Shown: positions 45,769-57,008, counted from the first letter of the stretch. The stretch: 64,000 nt of DNA from Candidatus Omnitrophota bacterium (GCA_029561555.1 JAKQXH010000044.1:9691-73690), one strand, 5' to 3'. Made by a program: numbers and translations. The notes: generated by a model not told the origin, from the letters alone.

Positions 45769-46422
45769 ATGATTCCGGGGCGTTATTTGGCGGAGACGGG
45801 GAGGAAATATTTCGAATGGCAGAATCGCGGCGGGATCAACCGCGGCGTGATCAACGCGAGAAAATTTTCCCGGTACCTTGATCCCCGGGATACGGTACTG
45901 GATTTCGGATGCGGGGGAGGGCATCTGCTTTCGCAAATCCGGTGCCGGAAGAAAATCGGGATCGAAGTGAATCCGGCGGCCCGCGCGGAAGCAGAACAAT
46001 ACGGTTATGAAATTCACGACGGCCTTGATGCGGTCGTGCCGGCATCCGTCGATGCCGTTATCATGAATCACTCGCTGGAGCATCTGGCGGATCCGCTTGA
46101 GACACTCCGGAAAGTGCGAAGGGTCCTCGGGGACGGCGGGAAACTGATCTGCTGCGTTCCGATGGAAGATTGGCGGACTCAAAAAAGGTATCGGAAGAAC
46201 GATGTGAATTGTCACTTGTACGCTTGGACCCCTCAGTCTTTGGGTAATTTACTGAAAGAGGCGGGGTTCGGGATCGGGGAGATCAAAATTTATACGCATG
46301 CATGGCCTCCCGGGGTTTTTTTTCTGAACCGGGTCTTGCCTTTGGCTGTTTTTGATTGGATTTGCCGGATTTACGCGATTTGCAAGAAACGCCGGCAGAT
46401 GATTGCGGTGGCGGTGAAATAA
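45769..46422 (+). CDS. Class I SAM-dependent methyltransferase.
   Basis: Motif I VLDFGCGGGHLL. 217 aa. Confidence 0.7.
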   Translation: MIPGRYLAETGRKYFEWQNRGGINRGVINARKFSRYLDPRDTVLDFGCGGGHLLSQIRCRKKIGIEVNPAARAEAEQYGYEIHDGLDAVVPASVDAVIMNHSLEHLADPLETLRKVRRVLGDGGKLICCVPMEDWRTQKRYRKNDVNCHLYAWTPQSLGNLLKEAGFGIGEIKIYTHAWPPGVFFLNRVLPLAVFDWICRIYAICKKRRQMIAVAVK

Positions 46423-46447
46423 AAGGGCCGGGATAACGGGGAAATTC

Positions 46448-47647
46448 ATGAAAGCGGAAGAGGATAAAAAAATCTGCGTTAAAACGGGTTGTTGCTGCTC
46501 CCGCCGGTTTTTGGACGCCGAAAAGCAAAAGCGTTTTTTTTTGGCAAACGATTATTTGCTTACGGAAGATGTCTCGCGGGCCGATGTCATTATTTTTAAT
46601 TCCTGCGGGGTAACGGAATTAACCCGTCTGGAGTCGCTCGGTGCCCTGAAACGGATTCTGGACGGAAAGCCGGAACGCGCGAGACTTTTTGTGGGGGGGT
46701 GCCTGCCCGGGATCTGGCCTCGGGATATTTCGGGGTTGTCGGTTGACGGTATTTTTACGCCGCAAACGGCATGCGATTTGGATTCTTTTTTTCGAGGGCC
46801 GGTGAAGTGGGATGATGTGGCCGACGGAAATACTTTCAACTCTCCGAAGGTCGTGCGCTCTTTCTGGGGGCAGGTTTGGAAATTGGGGCTTGTGTTTTCG
46901 GTTTCCAGAATGATTTTCGATCGTTACATGAATTCCCTGGGAAAATTTTTTCTGAGAATTAACCACGGGTGTCTTGGGCGCTGCTCTTATTGCGGTCACC
47001 GTTTTTCCACCGCCGGGCTGCGAAGTAAACCTCTGAGGATTCTAAAAGAGGAATTCCGCGAGGGGCTGCGAAAAGGGTACCGTTCGTTTGTGCTCTCCGG
47101 GGAAGATACCGGCTGTTGGGGAATGGATTCCGGGGACACGGTATTTCATCTGCTGGAGGAACTGACCGCGATTCCCGGCGATTGCCGGATTGCCGTCAAT
47201 GATTTCAATCCCCGCTGGCTGGTCGGGAAAACGGATCGCCTCAAAGAAATTTTGCAGAAAGGGAAAATCGTCCAGCTGCAATTACCGGTTATTTCCGGAA
47301 GCGGAAAACTTCTTGAAGCGATGAACCGCGGGTATTCGCGGGAGGAGCTGATGAGCGTTCTGCTCGAGCTCCGGGCGCGTTTCCCGCGCCTTGTGCTGTT
47401 GACCCAGATGATCGTGGGCTTCCCCGGCGAGACCGAAGCGGATGTCCGGGAGACGGAGGAACTCCTCAAGGCCGTTCGGTTCGATTACGCGCATTTTTTC
47501 GCTTTCACGCCCATCCCCGGAACGGAGGCGTGCGAATTGCCGGGACGGGTTGATTCCGAAACGATCCGCCGGCGGAAAAACCGGCTTGAAAATCTGCAGT
47601 GCCGGATCGCCGTCCGGCGCTTATTTTCAAGGAAGTTCCTTCGATGA
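46448..47647 (+). CDS. Methylthiotransferase (MiaB/RimO/MtaB)-like radical SAM enzyme lacking a TRAM domain.
   Basis: N-terminal MTTase-type Cys triad (VKTGCCCS / IFNSCGVT / VGGCLPG). Radical-SAM cluster HGCLGRCSYC. 399 aa, with no C-terminal TRAM-like extension. Confidence 0.6.
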   Translation: MKAEEDKKICVKTGCCCSRRFLDAEKQKRFFLANDYLLTEDVSRADVIIFNSCGVTELTRLESLGALKRILDGKPERARLFVGGCLPGIWPRDISGLSVDGIFTPQTACDLDSFFRGPVKWDDVADGNTFNSPKVVRSFWGQVWKLGLVFSVSRMIFDRYMNSLGKFFLRINHGCLGRCSYCGHRFSTAGLRSKPLRILKEEFREGLRKGYRSFVLSGEDTGCWGMDSGDTVFHLLEELTAIPGDCRIAVNDFNPRWLVGKTDRLKEILQKGKIVQLQLPVISGSGKLLEAMNRGYSREELMSVLLELRARFPRLVLLTQMIVGFPGETEADVRETEELLKAVRFDYAHFFAFTPIPGTEACELPGRVDSETIRRRKNRLENLQCRIAVRRLFSRKFLR

Positions 47648-47669
47648 AGGAGTTGACGGGGCCGGAAAC

Positions 47670-48575
47670 ATGCTGACTATTTTTACCGTTCCGAAGCCTT
47701 TTGAAGGGGAGGCCGGAATGATTCAGAGAAACGCGATTCAAAGCTGGCTTTTCGCGTGTCCCGGCGCGCAGGTCATCTTATGCGGGAACGAATCCGGAGT
47801 CCGGGACGCGGCGTCCGAATTCGGACTCGAGCATATCCCCTCGATTGCATGCAATGCTTACGGGACCCCGCTTCTCGATTCCGTCTTTGGGGAAGTCTTG
47901 AAAATCAGCCGGCATTCGCTGATGTGCTATGTCAACGCGGACATCCTTTTACTGGAAGATTTTTGTCCCGCCGTCCGCCGGATTCGGTTCGGGAAATTTC
48001 TGATGATTGCCCGCCGCTGGGATTTGGAAAAAATTCCGGGATTGGATTTTCAACGCGTGAATTGGCAATCTGAATTGCGGGAATGTCTGCTCAAGCAGGG
48101 AACGCTGCATCATGTTTTCGGATGCGATTGTTTCGTTTATTCAAAAGGGTGGCTTTCCAGTATGCCGCCGTTTGCGGTGGGGCGCGCTCGATGGGATAAT
48201 TGGGTGATTTACCGGGCAAGGAGTCTGAATGTGCCGGTCGTTGACGCGACCCGGGCCGTAACAATTGTTCATCAGCCCCATGGATACGCTCATGTCCCGG
48301 AACCCGGTGGGGGCAAATGGGAAGGACCGGAAACGGATGAAAACGACCGTTTGACGGGCGGATTGAAATACCAGTTTTATTTTCACGACGCGACGCATGT
48401 GCTGACAAAAAGATTTTTACTGCCGGCCATGGACGACGCCTGCCTGAAGCGGTACGCAGAACGAGCGGACATTTTAGGTAAGCAGAAGAGGACTTTTTTT
48501 GACAAGAGCATTATCGGGATGTGTTCCTTTTGGAGAAAACTCCGGAATGGAGTCACCAATGCCGTTGCAAAATGA
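47670..48575 (+). CDS. Hypothetical protein (302 aa), possibly a glycosyltransferase-like enzyme.
   Basis: Coding-like ORF. Start chosen at MLTIFTVPKPFEG (47670), just after the stop of the upstream gene. No diagnostic motif recognised. Confidence 0.45.
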   Translation: MLTIFTVPKPFEGEAGMIQRNAIQSWLFACPGAQVILCGNESGVRDAASEFGLEHIPSIACNAYGTPLLDSVFGEVLKISRHSLMCYVNADILLLEDFCPAVRRIRFGKFLMIARRWDLEKIPGLDFQRVNWQSELRECLLKQGTLHHVFGCDCFVYSKGWLSSMPPFAVGRARWDNWVIYRARSLNVPVVDATRAVTIVHQPHGYAHVPEPGGGKWEGPETDENDRLTGGLKYQFYFHDATHVLTKRFLLPAMDDACLKRYAERADILGKQKRTFFDKSIIGMCSFWRKLRNGVTNAVAK

Positions 48576-48625
48576 CTTCCTTTCCCGTATAATTCCCTAA
48601 CTAATTTAAAGTAGCCGAACATATT

Positions 48626-48650
48626 GCAGATTCTACGGAATCTGTTTTTA
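48626..48650 (+). terminator. Rho-independent terminator ending the plus-strand accessory operon.
   Basis: GCAGATTC-TACG-GAATCTG hairpin followed by TTTTTA, 50 bp after the stop at 48575. Confidence 0.6.
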
Positions 48651-48820
48651 ACTGACCGGGAATCATCAAGTTAAGAGCTTTTAGGTCGGACACTTCGGGT
48701 TTTTCCATACTTGATCCGTAGAGTGAAGATTATTTCTGCATTTTCCTGTGCCGGATACGGACGGGGAAATTTTAAGGAAGCCGTGTTGTGGCTGTTGCGT
48801 GGGTATCCAAAAGGGAAAAC

Positions 48821-50104
48821 ATGAGAACTTTAAAGGTTGGATTAATCGGATTGGGGCAGATCGGCGGGGGAGTTTACCGGCTTCTCAGCGGGAAAAGCGC
48901 TTTCCTGAAGGAACAGGCCGGCGTTTTTTTTGATCTCACCGCAATTTCCGAAAAGGATCCGAAAAGACTGAAAATCCTTTCCGCGAGATTCCGGAAACGC
49001 GTCATGCCGGCCGAGAAATTAATCCGGTCCCGGGATGTTGATTGCGTGATCGAACTGATCGGGGGAATTCATCCGGCTAAGGAATTTATCCTGGGCGCTC
49101 TCCGGAACGGGAAAGACGTTGTGACGGCCAATAAGGCTTTGATCGCGGAACACGGAAAAGAAATTTTTGCCGCGGCCGGAAAATATAACCGCCGTGTTTT
49201 TTTTGAAGCGAGCGTCGGGGGAGGAATCCCCGTCATCAAAGCCCTTCGCGAAGGATTGATCGGAAACCGCATCGAGAGCGTATTCGGCATTATTAACGGA
49301 ACTTCGAATTATATTTTGACCCGCATGAGCCGGGAAGGACTCGGTTTTTCGGAAGCGCTGGCCTTGGCCCAGAAGGAAGGGTACGCGGAGAAGGATCCGA
49401 CTTTGGACGTCGAAGGGATTGATTCCGCGCACAAGTTGTCCATCCTGGCGTCGCTTGCATTCCGGGAACCCGTGTCGCTTTCGGATATCGCCTGCGAAGG
49501 CATCCGGGGGATCGATCACAGCGATATCGCTTTCGCGGCTCAATTCGGGTACGTGATCAAGCTTCTCGCCATCGGGAAAAAAACCGCCGCCGGGATTGAA
49601 GCGCGTGTTCAGCCGACTCTCGTTCCTCGGAACCATATGCTTGCCAAGGTGGACGGCCCGTTGAACGCGGTTTTTCTTCAGGGGGACGAGGTGGGAGATA
49701 TTCTACTCTACGGAAGAGGGGCCGGCTCGAAACCGACCGCAAGCGCGGTGATAAGCGATCTTGCGGATATTGCCTTGGGACGGAAAATGGTTTTTAATCC
49801 GTGGGGGGCCCAAAGACGGGTCGGGACCAAACCGGTTTCAGCCATTTCATCCCGTTATTATTTCCGCTTTTCGGTGATTGACCGGCCGGGTGTGCTGGCC
49901 AGGATTTCCGGCGTTTTAGGCTCGAATCAGGTCAGCATTTCCGATGTGATCCAGACGGAACGGAAATCCGGAAACGTCGTGCCGCTGATCATGCTGACGC
50001 ATGATACGGATGAAAAAGCGGTGAAACAGGCCATCAGGCGGATTCAAAGCTTGCCGGTCGTAAAAGGCAGGCCGCAGGTTCTCAGAATCGAAAATGAAAA
50101 TTAG
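48821..50104 (+). CDS. hom: Homoserine dehydrogenase with a C-terminal ACT domain.
   Basis: LKVGLIGLGQIGGGV NAD-binding N-terminus. NGTSNYIL motif. ACT-like C-terminus. The ORF track begins 11 codons upstream (48788). Confidence 0.8.
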   Translation: MRTLKVGLIGLGQIGGGVYRLLSGKSAFLKEQAGVFFDLTAISEKDPKRLKILSARFRKRVMPAEKLIRSRDVDCVIELIGGIHPAKEFILGALRNGKDVVTANKALIAEHGKEIFAAAGKYNRRVFFEASVGGGIPVIKALREGLIGNRIESVFGIINGTSNYILTRMSREGLGFSEALALAQKEGYAEKDPTLDVEGIDSAHKLSILASLAFREPVSLSDIACEGIRGIDHSDIAFAAQFGYVIKLLAIGKKTAAGIEARVQPTLVPRNHMLAKVDGPLNAVFLQGDEVGDILLYGRGAGSKPTASAVISDLADIALGRKMVFNPWGAQRRVGTKPVSAISSRYYFRFSVIDRPGVLARISGVLGSNQVSISDVIQTERKSGNVVPLIMLTHDTDEKAVKQAIRRIQSLPVVKGRPQVLRIENEN

Positions 50105-51179
50105 TCGGCGAATTTCTTCCAAAAGAATCGGAATCATCGAACGGTATCAGGAATTTCTCCCCGTCACGGAAAAAACTCCCATCGTTTCCCTGAACGAAGG
50201 AAACACCCCTCTGATTTTGAGCGAAGCCCTGCCGAAACTTCTGGGACTGGACGCCAAGATCTACTATAAATTCGAAGGACTGAACCCGACGGGATCGTTC
50301 AAGGACCGTGGGATGACCATGGCCGTCTCGAAAGCGCTCGAAGAGGGCGTTCGGGCGGTGATGTGCGCTTCAACGGGGAACACTTCGGCGTCCGCAGCGG
50401 CTTACGCGACCCGCTCCGGAATGGCCTGCTACGTTCTGATCCCCGACGGAAAGATCGCCAAGGGGAAATTGATGCAGGCCTTTCGCTATGGCGCCAAAGT
50501 GATTGCAATCCGGGGGAATTTTGACGAGGCCTTGGAGTTGGTGAAAAAAATAACCGCGAAGCACCCCATCAAACTTGTGAATTCCATCAATCCCTTCAGG
50601 ATCGAAGGACAGAAAACTGCCAGTTTTGAAATCATCGACGAGCTCGGCGACGCCCCGGAATATCACGCGCTTCCCGTCGGAAATGCCGGCAATATCACGG
50701 CGTATTGGAAAGGATACCGGGAATATCATTCCGCGGGTAAATCCGAAATTTTACCCCGGATGCTCGGATTCCAGGCGGCGGGAGCGGCTCCGATTGTTTT
50801 AGGGGCTCCGGTCGCGAAGCCCCATACCATCGCGACGGCGATCCGTATCGGAAATCCGGCGAGCTGGGAGACGGCGGTCCGGGCCCGGGACGAATCCGGA
50901 GGATTGATCGAATCCGTGACGGATGAAGAAATCACCTGGGCATACCGTTTTATTGCCGAAAAAGACGGGGTTTTTGCCGAACCCGCTTCGGCGGCGGGAG
51001 TGGCCGGCGTGATCCAATTGGCTCGGCGCGGGTATTTTGAAAAAGGGACGCGCATTGTCATTACTTTGACGGGATCCGGTCTGAAGGATCCTGATTTCGC
51101 GCTCGGATTTGACGACAAAATGGAAAATGTCTCCGCGGATATTGCGGACGTGCTTCGGGTCTTAAATTTAAAACCGTGA
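50094..51179 (+). CDS. thrC: Threonine synthase.
   Basis: PLP-lysine motif GSFKDRG. About 360 aa, short form. Confidence 0.8.
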   Translation: MKISRRISSKRIGIIERYQEFLPVTEKTPIVSLNEGNTPLILSEALPKLLGLDAKIYYKFEGLNPTGSFKDRGMTMAVSKALEEGVRAVMCASTGNTSASAAAYATRSGMACYVLIPDGKIAKGKLMQAFRYGAKVIAIRGNFDEALELVKKITAKHPIKLVNSINPFRIEGQKTASFEIIDELGDAPEYHALPVGNAGNITAYWKGYREYHSAGKSEILPRMLGFQAAGAAPIVLGAPVAKPHTIATAIRIGNPASWETAVRARDESGGLIESVTDEEITWAYRFIAEKDGVFAEPASAAGVAGVIQLARRGYFEKGTRIVITLTGSGLKDPDFALGFDDKMENVSADIADVLRVLNLKP

Positions 51180-51192
51180 CCGGGGAGAAGAC

Positions 51193-52434
51193 ATGAAGGA
51201 CTTATTCGAAGGAAATGCCGGAGTGAGTGCGGGAATGAAATTTATCGTCCTGGTCCCGGACGGGGCTCCGGATCAGACGTATGAAGAGCTGCAGGGGAAA
51301 ACGCCTCTGGAAGTCAGCCGGATTCCCAATCTTGACGCGTTGGCCCAGGCCGGATGCGTCGGGCTTGCCAAAACCGTTCCGGATTCGCTGGGGTCCGAAG
51401 GAGAGGTCGGAAAGCTTTCCGTTTTGGGATACAACCCGAAAGAATGTTATACCGGCCGTGCGCCTCTGGAGGCGGCGAGTCTGGGGATTGAACTGGGCGC
51501 GGACGAAGTGGCTTTCTGCATGAATTTTGTGACGGAATCCGACGGTCGTCTCGTGGATTACACGGCGGGGCATATTTCTTCGGAAGAAGGCGGCGTTTTG
51601 ATCAAGTACTTGAGCCAGAAACTCGGCAGTGATTCCGTGAGATTTTATCCGGGCGTCGGATGCAAGAACATCGCGGTGATTAAAGATCGGATGGGGCTGA
51701 GGGGCCTTTCGGCTTCCTGTCCTTCTCCTTCGCAAATTTTGGGGAACAAACTGGAGTCGTCCTGGCCGAAGGGACCGGGGGACGAATTGTTGCGGAAGCT
51801 GATGCTGGACGGGAAGAAATTACTGGCCGCGCACGAAATCAATCAGGTCCGGCTGGATCTCGGAGAAAACCCGGCCAACATGATTTGGTTCTGGGGACAG
51901 GGGGTGACGCCGCAGATGCAGACTTTCCGGGAACGTACCGGATTGAAAGGCGGGGTGGTTTCCGCGGCGGATCTTTTACGCGGGATTGCCAACCTTGCCG
52001 GTCTGCAGATCATAGACGTTCCGGGTATTACCGGAAAAATCGATACCAATTACGAGGGAAAAATTCATTACGGTCTGGAATCGCTGAGGACCCATCATTT
52101 TATTTTCATCCATGTCGATGCCATGACGGACGCCGCCCGCGAAGGAAATCTGAAAGCGAAGATTCAGGCGCTGGAAGATTTTGACCGGATTGTCGTCGGG
52201 GAAACGAGGCATTATCTCGAAAAAAATCCCGACACGCGCGTTTTGGTCCTGCCTTCCTGCGCGTCCTCCTGCCGCCTCAAGGGATATCTGAAAGGCGCGG
52301 TGCCTTTTATTCTCTGCGGGAGGGGAATCTCTTCGAACGGGATCGAGCATTACAACGAAGTTCAGGCGCAGGTCTCGGATCTGCGGTTTGACGAGGGTTT
52401 CAAAGCGATCGATTATCTTTTGAAAAACGGATGA
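51193..52434 (+). CDS. Cofactor-independent phosphoglycerate mutase (archaeal ApgM)-like protein; 'proposed homoserine kinase' family.
   Basis: MKFIVLVPDGAPD... metalloenzyme / PhosphMutase architecture. 413 aa. Located directly after hom-thrC, as in the family annotated as proposed homoserine kinase. Confidence 0.6.
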   Translation: MKDLFEGNAGVSAGMKFIVLVPDGAPDQTYEELQGKTPLEVSRIPNLDALAQAGCVGLAKTVPDSLGSEGEVGKLSVLGYNPKECYTGRAPLEAASLGIELGADEVAFCMNFVTESDGRLVDYTAGHISSEEGGVLIKYLSQKLGSDSVRFYPGVGCKNIAVIKDRMGLRGLSASCPSPSQILGNKLESSWPKGPGDELLRKLMLDGKKLLAAHEINQVRLDLGENPANMIWFWGQGVTPQMQTFRERTGLKGGVVSAADLLRGIANLAGLQIIDVPGITGKIDTNYEGKIHYGLESLRTHHFIFIHVDAMTDAAREGNLKAKIQALEDFDRIVVGETRHYLEKNPDTRVLVLPSCASSCRLKGYLKGAVPFILCGRGISSNGIEHYNEVQAQVSDLRFDEGFKAIDYLLKNG

Positions 52435-52446
52435 AGTATAATTTTG

Positions 52447-52468
52447 CCGCATGTTTTTATGCGGATTT
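52447..52468 (+). terminator. Weak terminator-like hairpin after the thr operon.
   Basis: CCGCAT-GTTTTT-ATGCGG followed by ATTT; the T-run is poor. Confidence 0.25.
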
Positions 52469-52523
52469 AGAACCGGCACGGACAATATAATTTTCGAGGA
52501 CGCCCAAAATCCTTCGGAGGTAA

Positions 52524-54194
<1,671 letters not shown>

Positions 54195-54197
54195 ACT

Positions 54198-55022
54198 TTG
54201 GAGAATTCAGCGGTTAGACAGGTTCGCGCGGGTTCGGTCGTGGCGGGGGGGAAGGACCTGTTTTTGATCGCGGGCCCTTGCGTGATCGAAGATGAAAAAT
54301 CCGTGTTTCGCCATGCGGGAAAAATCGTCCGTATCGCGGAAAAACTCAGGATGCCGTATATTTTCAAAGCGAGTTTTGATAAGGCAAACCGTTCTTCCGC
54401 GAAATCTTTCCGGGGCCCCGGACTCGAACAGGGGCTTGAGATCCTGTCGAAAGTGAAACGGGAATTCGGCGTTCCCGTTCTGAGCGATGTGCATTGCGTG
54501 AGCCAGGCGGAAGCGGCGGGTACAGTTTTGGATGTGATTCAGATCCCCGCTTTTTTGTGCCGGCAGACGGATTTGCTTGTGGCGGCCGCTCAAACGGGCA
54601 AGACGGTGAACGTGAAGAAGGGACAATTCATGGCCCCCTGGGACATGAAGAATGCGGTTGAAAAGATCGAAAAAGCGGGAAATAGGAATATTCTTCTTAC
54701 GGAACGGGGGGTTTCTTTCGGGTACAATACGCTGGTGAGCGATTTTCGCGCGATCCCGGTTTTGCGGGGGCTGGGCTATCCGGTGATATTTGACGCCACT
54801 CATTCGGTTCAGAGACCCGGAGGTCTGGGACAGGTTTCCGGCGGGGACCGCGAATTCATCCCGCTGCTGGCCCGGTGCGGAGTGGCGGCTGGATGCGACG
54901 GAATATTTCTTGAAGTTCATGAAAATCCTTCCCGTGCCAAGAGCGACGGGCCGAATTCAGTTCCGCTCCGGGAGCTCGAGGGACTGCTTAGAAACTTGCT
55001 GCGATTGCGCCGGGCGCTTTGA
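54198..55022 (+). CDS. kdsA: 3-deoxy-8-phosphooctulonate (Kdo-8-P) synthase.
   Basis: LFLIAGPCVIEDE...KASFDKANRSS, the typical DAHP/KDO8P synthase family pattern. 274 aa. Confidence 0.85.
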   Translation: MENSAVRQVRAGSVVAGGKDLFLIAGPCVIEDEKSVFRHAGKIVRIAEKLRMPYIFKASFDKANRSSAKSFRGPGLEQGLEILSKVKREFGVPVLSDVHCVSQAEAAGTVLDVIQIPAFLCRQTDLLVAAAQTGKTVNVKKGQFMAPWDMKNAVEKIEKAGNRNILLTERGVSFGYNTLVSDFRAIPVLRGLGYPVIFDATHSVQRPGGLGQVSGGDREFIPLLARCGVAAGCDGIFLEVHENPSRAKSDGPNSVPLRELEGLLRNLLRLRRAL

Positions 55023-55050
55023 AAAAAACTAAAGGCAGGAACGTGACGCT

Positions 55051-56019
55051 ATGAAAATGAGTCCAATTCAGATTGCTAAAAGAGTTTTAAAAATCGAGGC
55101 CAAAGCGATTCAGGGCATTGTGCCGAGAGTCGGGAGAAGTTTTGAGGAGGCGGTTGAGATTATTTTAAAAAGTTCCGGTCGGGCGGTGATCACCGGAATG
55201 GGCAAACCCGGCTTGATCGGCCGGAAGATTGCCGCGACGCTTGCGTCGACCGGGACGCCCAGCCTTTTTTTGCATCCGGCGGAGGCCATTCACGGGGATT
55301 TGGGAATGGTCACCAAACAGGATGTGGTGATCGCGATTTCCAACAGCGGGGAAACGGAGGAAATCGTCAAGCTGCTTTCGACGATCAAAAAATTGGGGAC
55401 GAAATTGATCGCCATGACCGGGAATCTGAAATCCACGCTGGCTCGCAATGCGGACGTTATTTTGGATATCGAAATTCATCGGGAGGCCTGTCCTCTGGGG
55501 CTTGCCCCTACGGCGTCGACGACCGTCGCGCTCGCCGTGGGAGACGCTCTGGCGATGGCGCTTCAGCAGAAGCGAGGATTCAAAGAGGAAGATTTCGCGC
55601 TTTATCATCCGGGCGGGTCGCTTGGGAAGAAACTGCTTAAGGTGAAAGATATTATGCGGACGGGGAAATCCCATCCGACCGTTTACGAAGGGACTCCTCT
55701 CCGGGAAGCGCTTCTTGCCATTACGGCGGCCCGGGCGGGATCCTGCACGATTGTGGACCGGAAAGGGCGGTTAAAAGGGATTTTTACCGACGGAGATCTG
55801 CGGCGTCACCTGGAGGGGGATGAGGGGGCGATTTTGGGGAAGACGGTTGAGGCCGTTGCGACCCTCAATCCTTACTGCATTCACAAGGAAAAACTTGCCG
55901 CCGAAGCTCTAAACCTTCTCCGTGAGAAGAAAATAGACGAACTCCCGGTCGTGGATGACCGGAAAAAGGCCGTTGGATTGCTGGATGTCCAGGATTTACT
56001 CAAAGCGGGTTTTGTTTGA
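55051..56019 (+). CDS. kdsD: Arabinose-5-phosphate isomerase (KdsD/KpsF; SIS domain plus CBS pair).
   Basis: SIS domain (VITGMGKPGLIGRKIAATLASTG). C-terminal tandem CBS region. 322 aa. Confidence 0.8.
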   Translation: MKMSPIQIAKRVLKIEAKAIQGIVPRVGRSFEEAVEIILKSSGRAVITGMGKPGLIGRKIAATLASTGTPSLFLHPAEAIHGDLGMVTKQDVVIAISNSGETEEIVKLLSTIKKLGTKLIAMTGNLKSTLARNADVILDIEIHREACPLGLAPTASTTVALAVGDALAMALQQKRGFKEEDFALYHPGGSLGKKLLKVKDIMRTGKSHPTVYEGTPLREALLAITAARAGSCTIVDRKGRLKGIFTDGDLRRHLEGDEGAILGKTVEAVATLNPYCIHKEKLAAEALNLLREKKIDELPVVDDRKKAVGLLDVQDLLKAGFV

Positions 56020-56044
56020 CGGAATTATAGGCCTCTCCTATAAT
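56016..56044 (+). promoter_or_regulatory. Sigma70-like promoter (TTGACG-17 bp-TATAAT) containing an 8-bp palindrome, immediately upstream of the acyltransferase gene.
   Basis: TTGACG at 56016-56021, a 17-nt spacer, TATAAT at 56039-56044. The spacer and -10 form ATTATAGG-CCTCT-CCTATAAT. Start codon at 56055. Confidence 0.4.
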
Positions 56045-56054
56045 CCTATGCTTT

Positions 56055-57002
56055 ATGAAACATAGGCGCCGGCGCTTTTTCCTTTATCTATTGTTACGCT
56101 GCTGGATTGCGTTTATCCGGCTTTGGCCCCGTTCTTGGGCGCTTATTTTAGCCAAGAGTATCGGCCGGGCGGCTTATTTTTCGATTTGGGTTCAGCGGCG
56201 GCCCGTATTGGCACATCTGAGGACGGCCTGGAAATCGGAAAAGAACGAATCCGAGATTCGGGCGATCGGGAGACGGGTATTTGAAAATCTTGCCATGATG
56301 GCCTGCGATGTCATCCGTTTTCCCCGTTTGACGGCGAGAACGCTTGATCGATGGCTTTCCTGCGATTCCGGAATATTTGCTAAAATCGACCGGATTCTCG
56401 AACACGGGAAAGGGGTCATTATCCTTACCGGGCATTTGGGGAATTGGGAACTTCTCGCGGGCGCTTTCGGCGTAAAAGGCTATTCGGGCGCCGTGGTGGG
56501 ACGAAGGATTTATTACGAACCTTATAACGAAATCATTGTTGGATTACGGCGGGGGGTCGGGGTTGAAACGATTTACCGTGACGAGAGTCCCCGGAAAATA
56601 TTGAGGATTCTTTCTCAAAACCAGATTCTCGGAATTGTTGCGGATCAGGATGTCGACAGCGTGGAAGGTATATTTGTCCCGTTTTTTGGGATCCCGGCCT
56701 ATACGCCGACGGCTCCGGCGAAAATGGCCCTTGCATCGGGGGCGCCTATTGTTCCCGCCTGCGTTATTCGCGAGGGGAAACGTTACCGGATGCTGATGGG
56801 GGAACCGATTTATCCGAAACCGAATAGCAACAAAGAGCAAGCGGTCCGGGAGATGACGGAGAACTGGTCCCGGGAGATTGAAGCGTATATCCGGCGTTAT
56901 CCCGATCAGTGGGGTTGGATGCATGACCGGTGGAAAACGAAACCGGAAGAAGCGGACGCGGGTGCCGCGGCGGATGAAATAAAACTTATGGGAGGCCGAT
57001 AA
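56055..57002 (+). CDS. lpxL: Lipid A late acyltransferase (LpxL/LpxM/HtrB family, lysophospholipid acyltransferase superfamily).
   Basis: N-terminal TM anchor. HxxxxE-type motif region ILTGHLGNWEL. 315 aa. Context with kdsA/kdsD/lpt genes. Confidence 0.65.
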   Translation: MKHRRRRFFLYLLLRCWIAFIRLWPRSWALILAKSIGRAAYFSIWVQRRPVLAHLRTAWKSEKNESEIRAIGRRVFENLAMMACDVIRFPRLTARTLDRWLSCDSGIFAKIDRILEHGKGVIILTGHLGNWELLAGAFGVKGYSGAVVGRRIYYEPYNEIIVGLRRGVGVETIYRDESPRKILRILSQNQILGIVADQDVDSVEGIFVPFFGIPAYTPTAPAKMALASGAPIVPACVIREGKRYRMLMGEPIYPKPNSNKEQAVREMTENWSREIEAYIRRYPDQWGWMHDRWKTKPEEADAGAAADEIKLMGGR

Positions 57003-57008
57003 CACAGA

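Noticed and set aside
5026-48650. Genomic island or mobile element
   Set aside because: No integrase, transposase, tRNA target, or flanking direct repeats at the borders; GC content and codon usage look like the flanking core genes. The locus looks like an accessory biosynthetic region rather than a recently mobile one.
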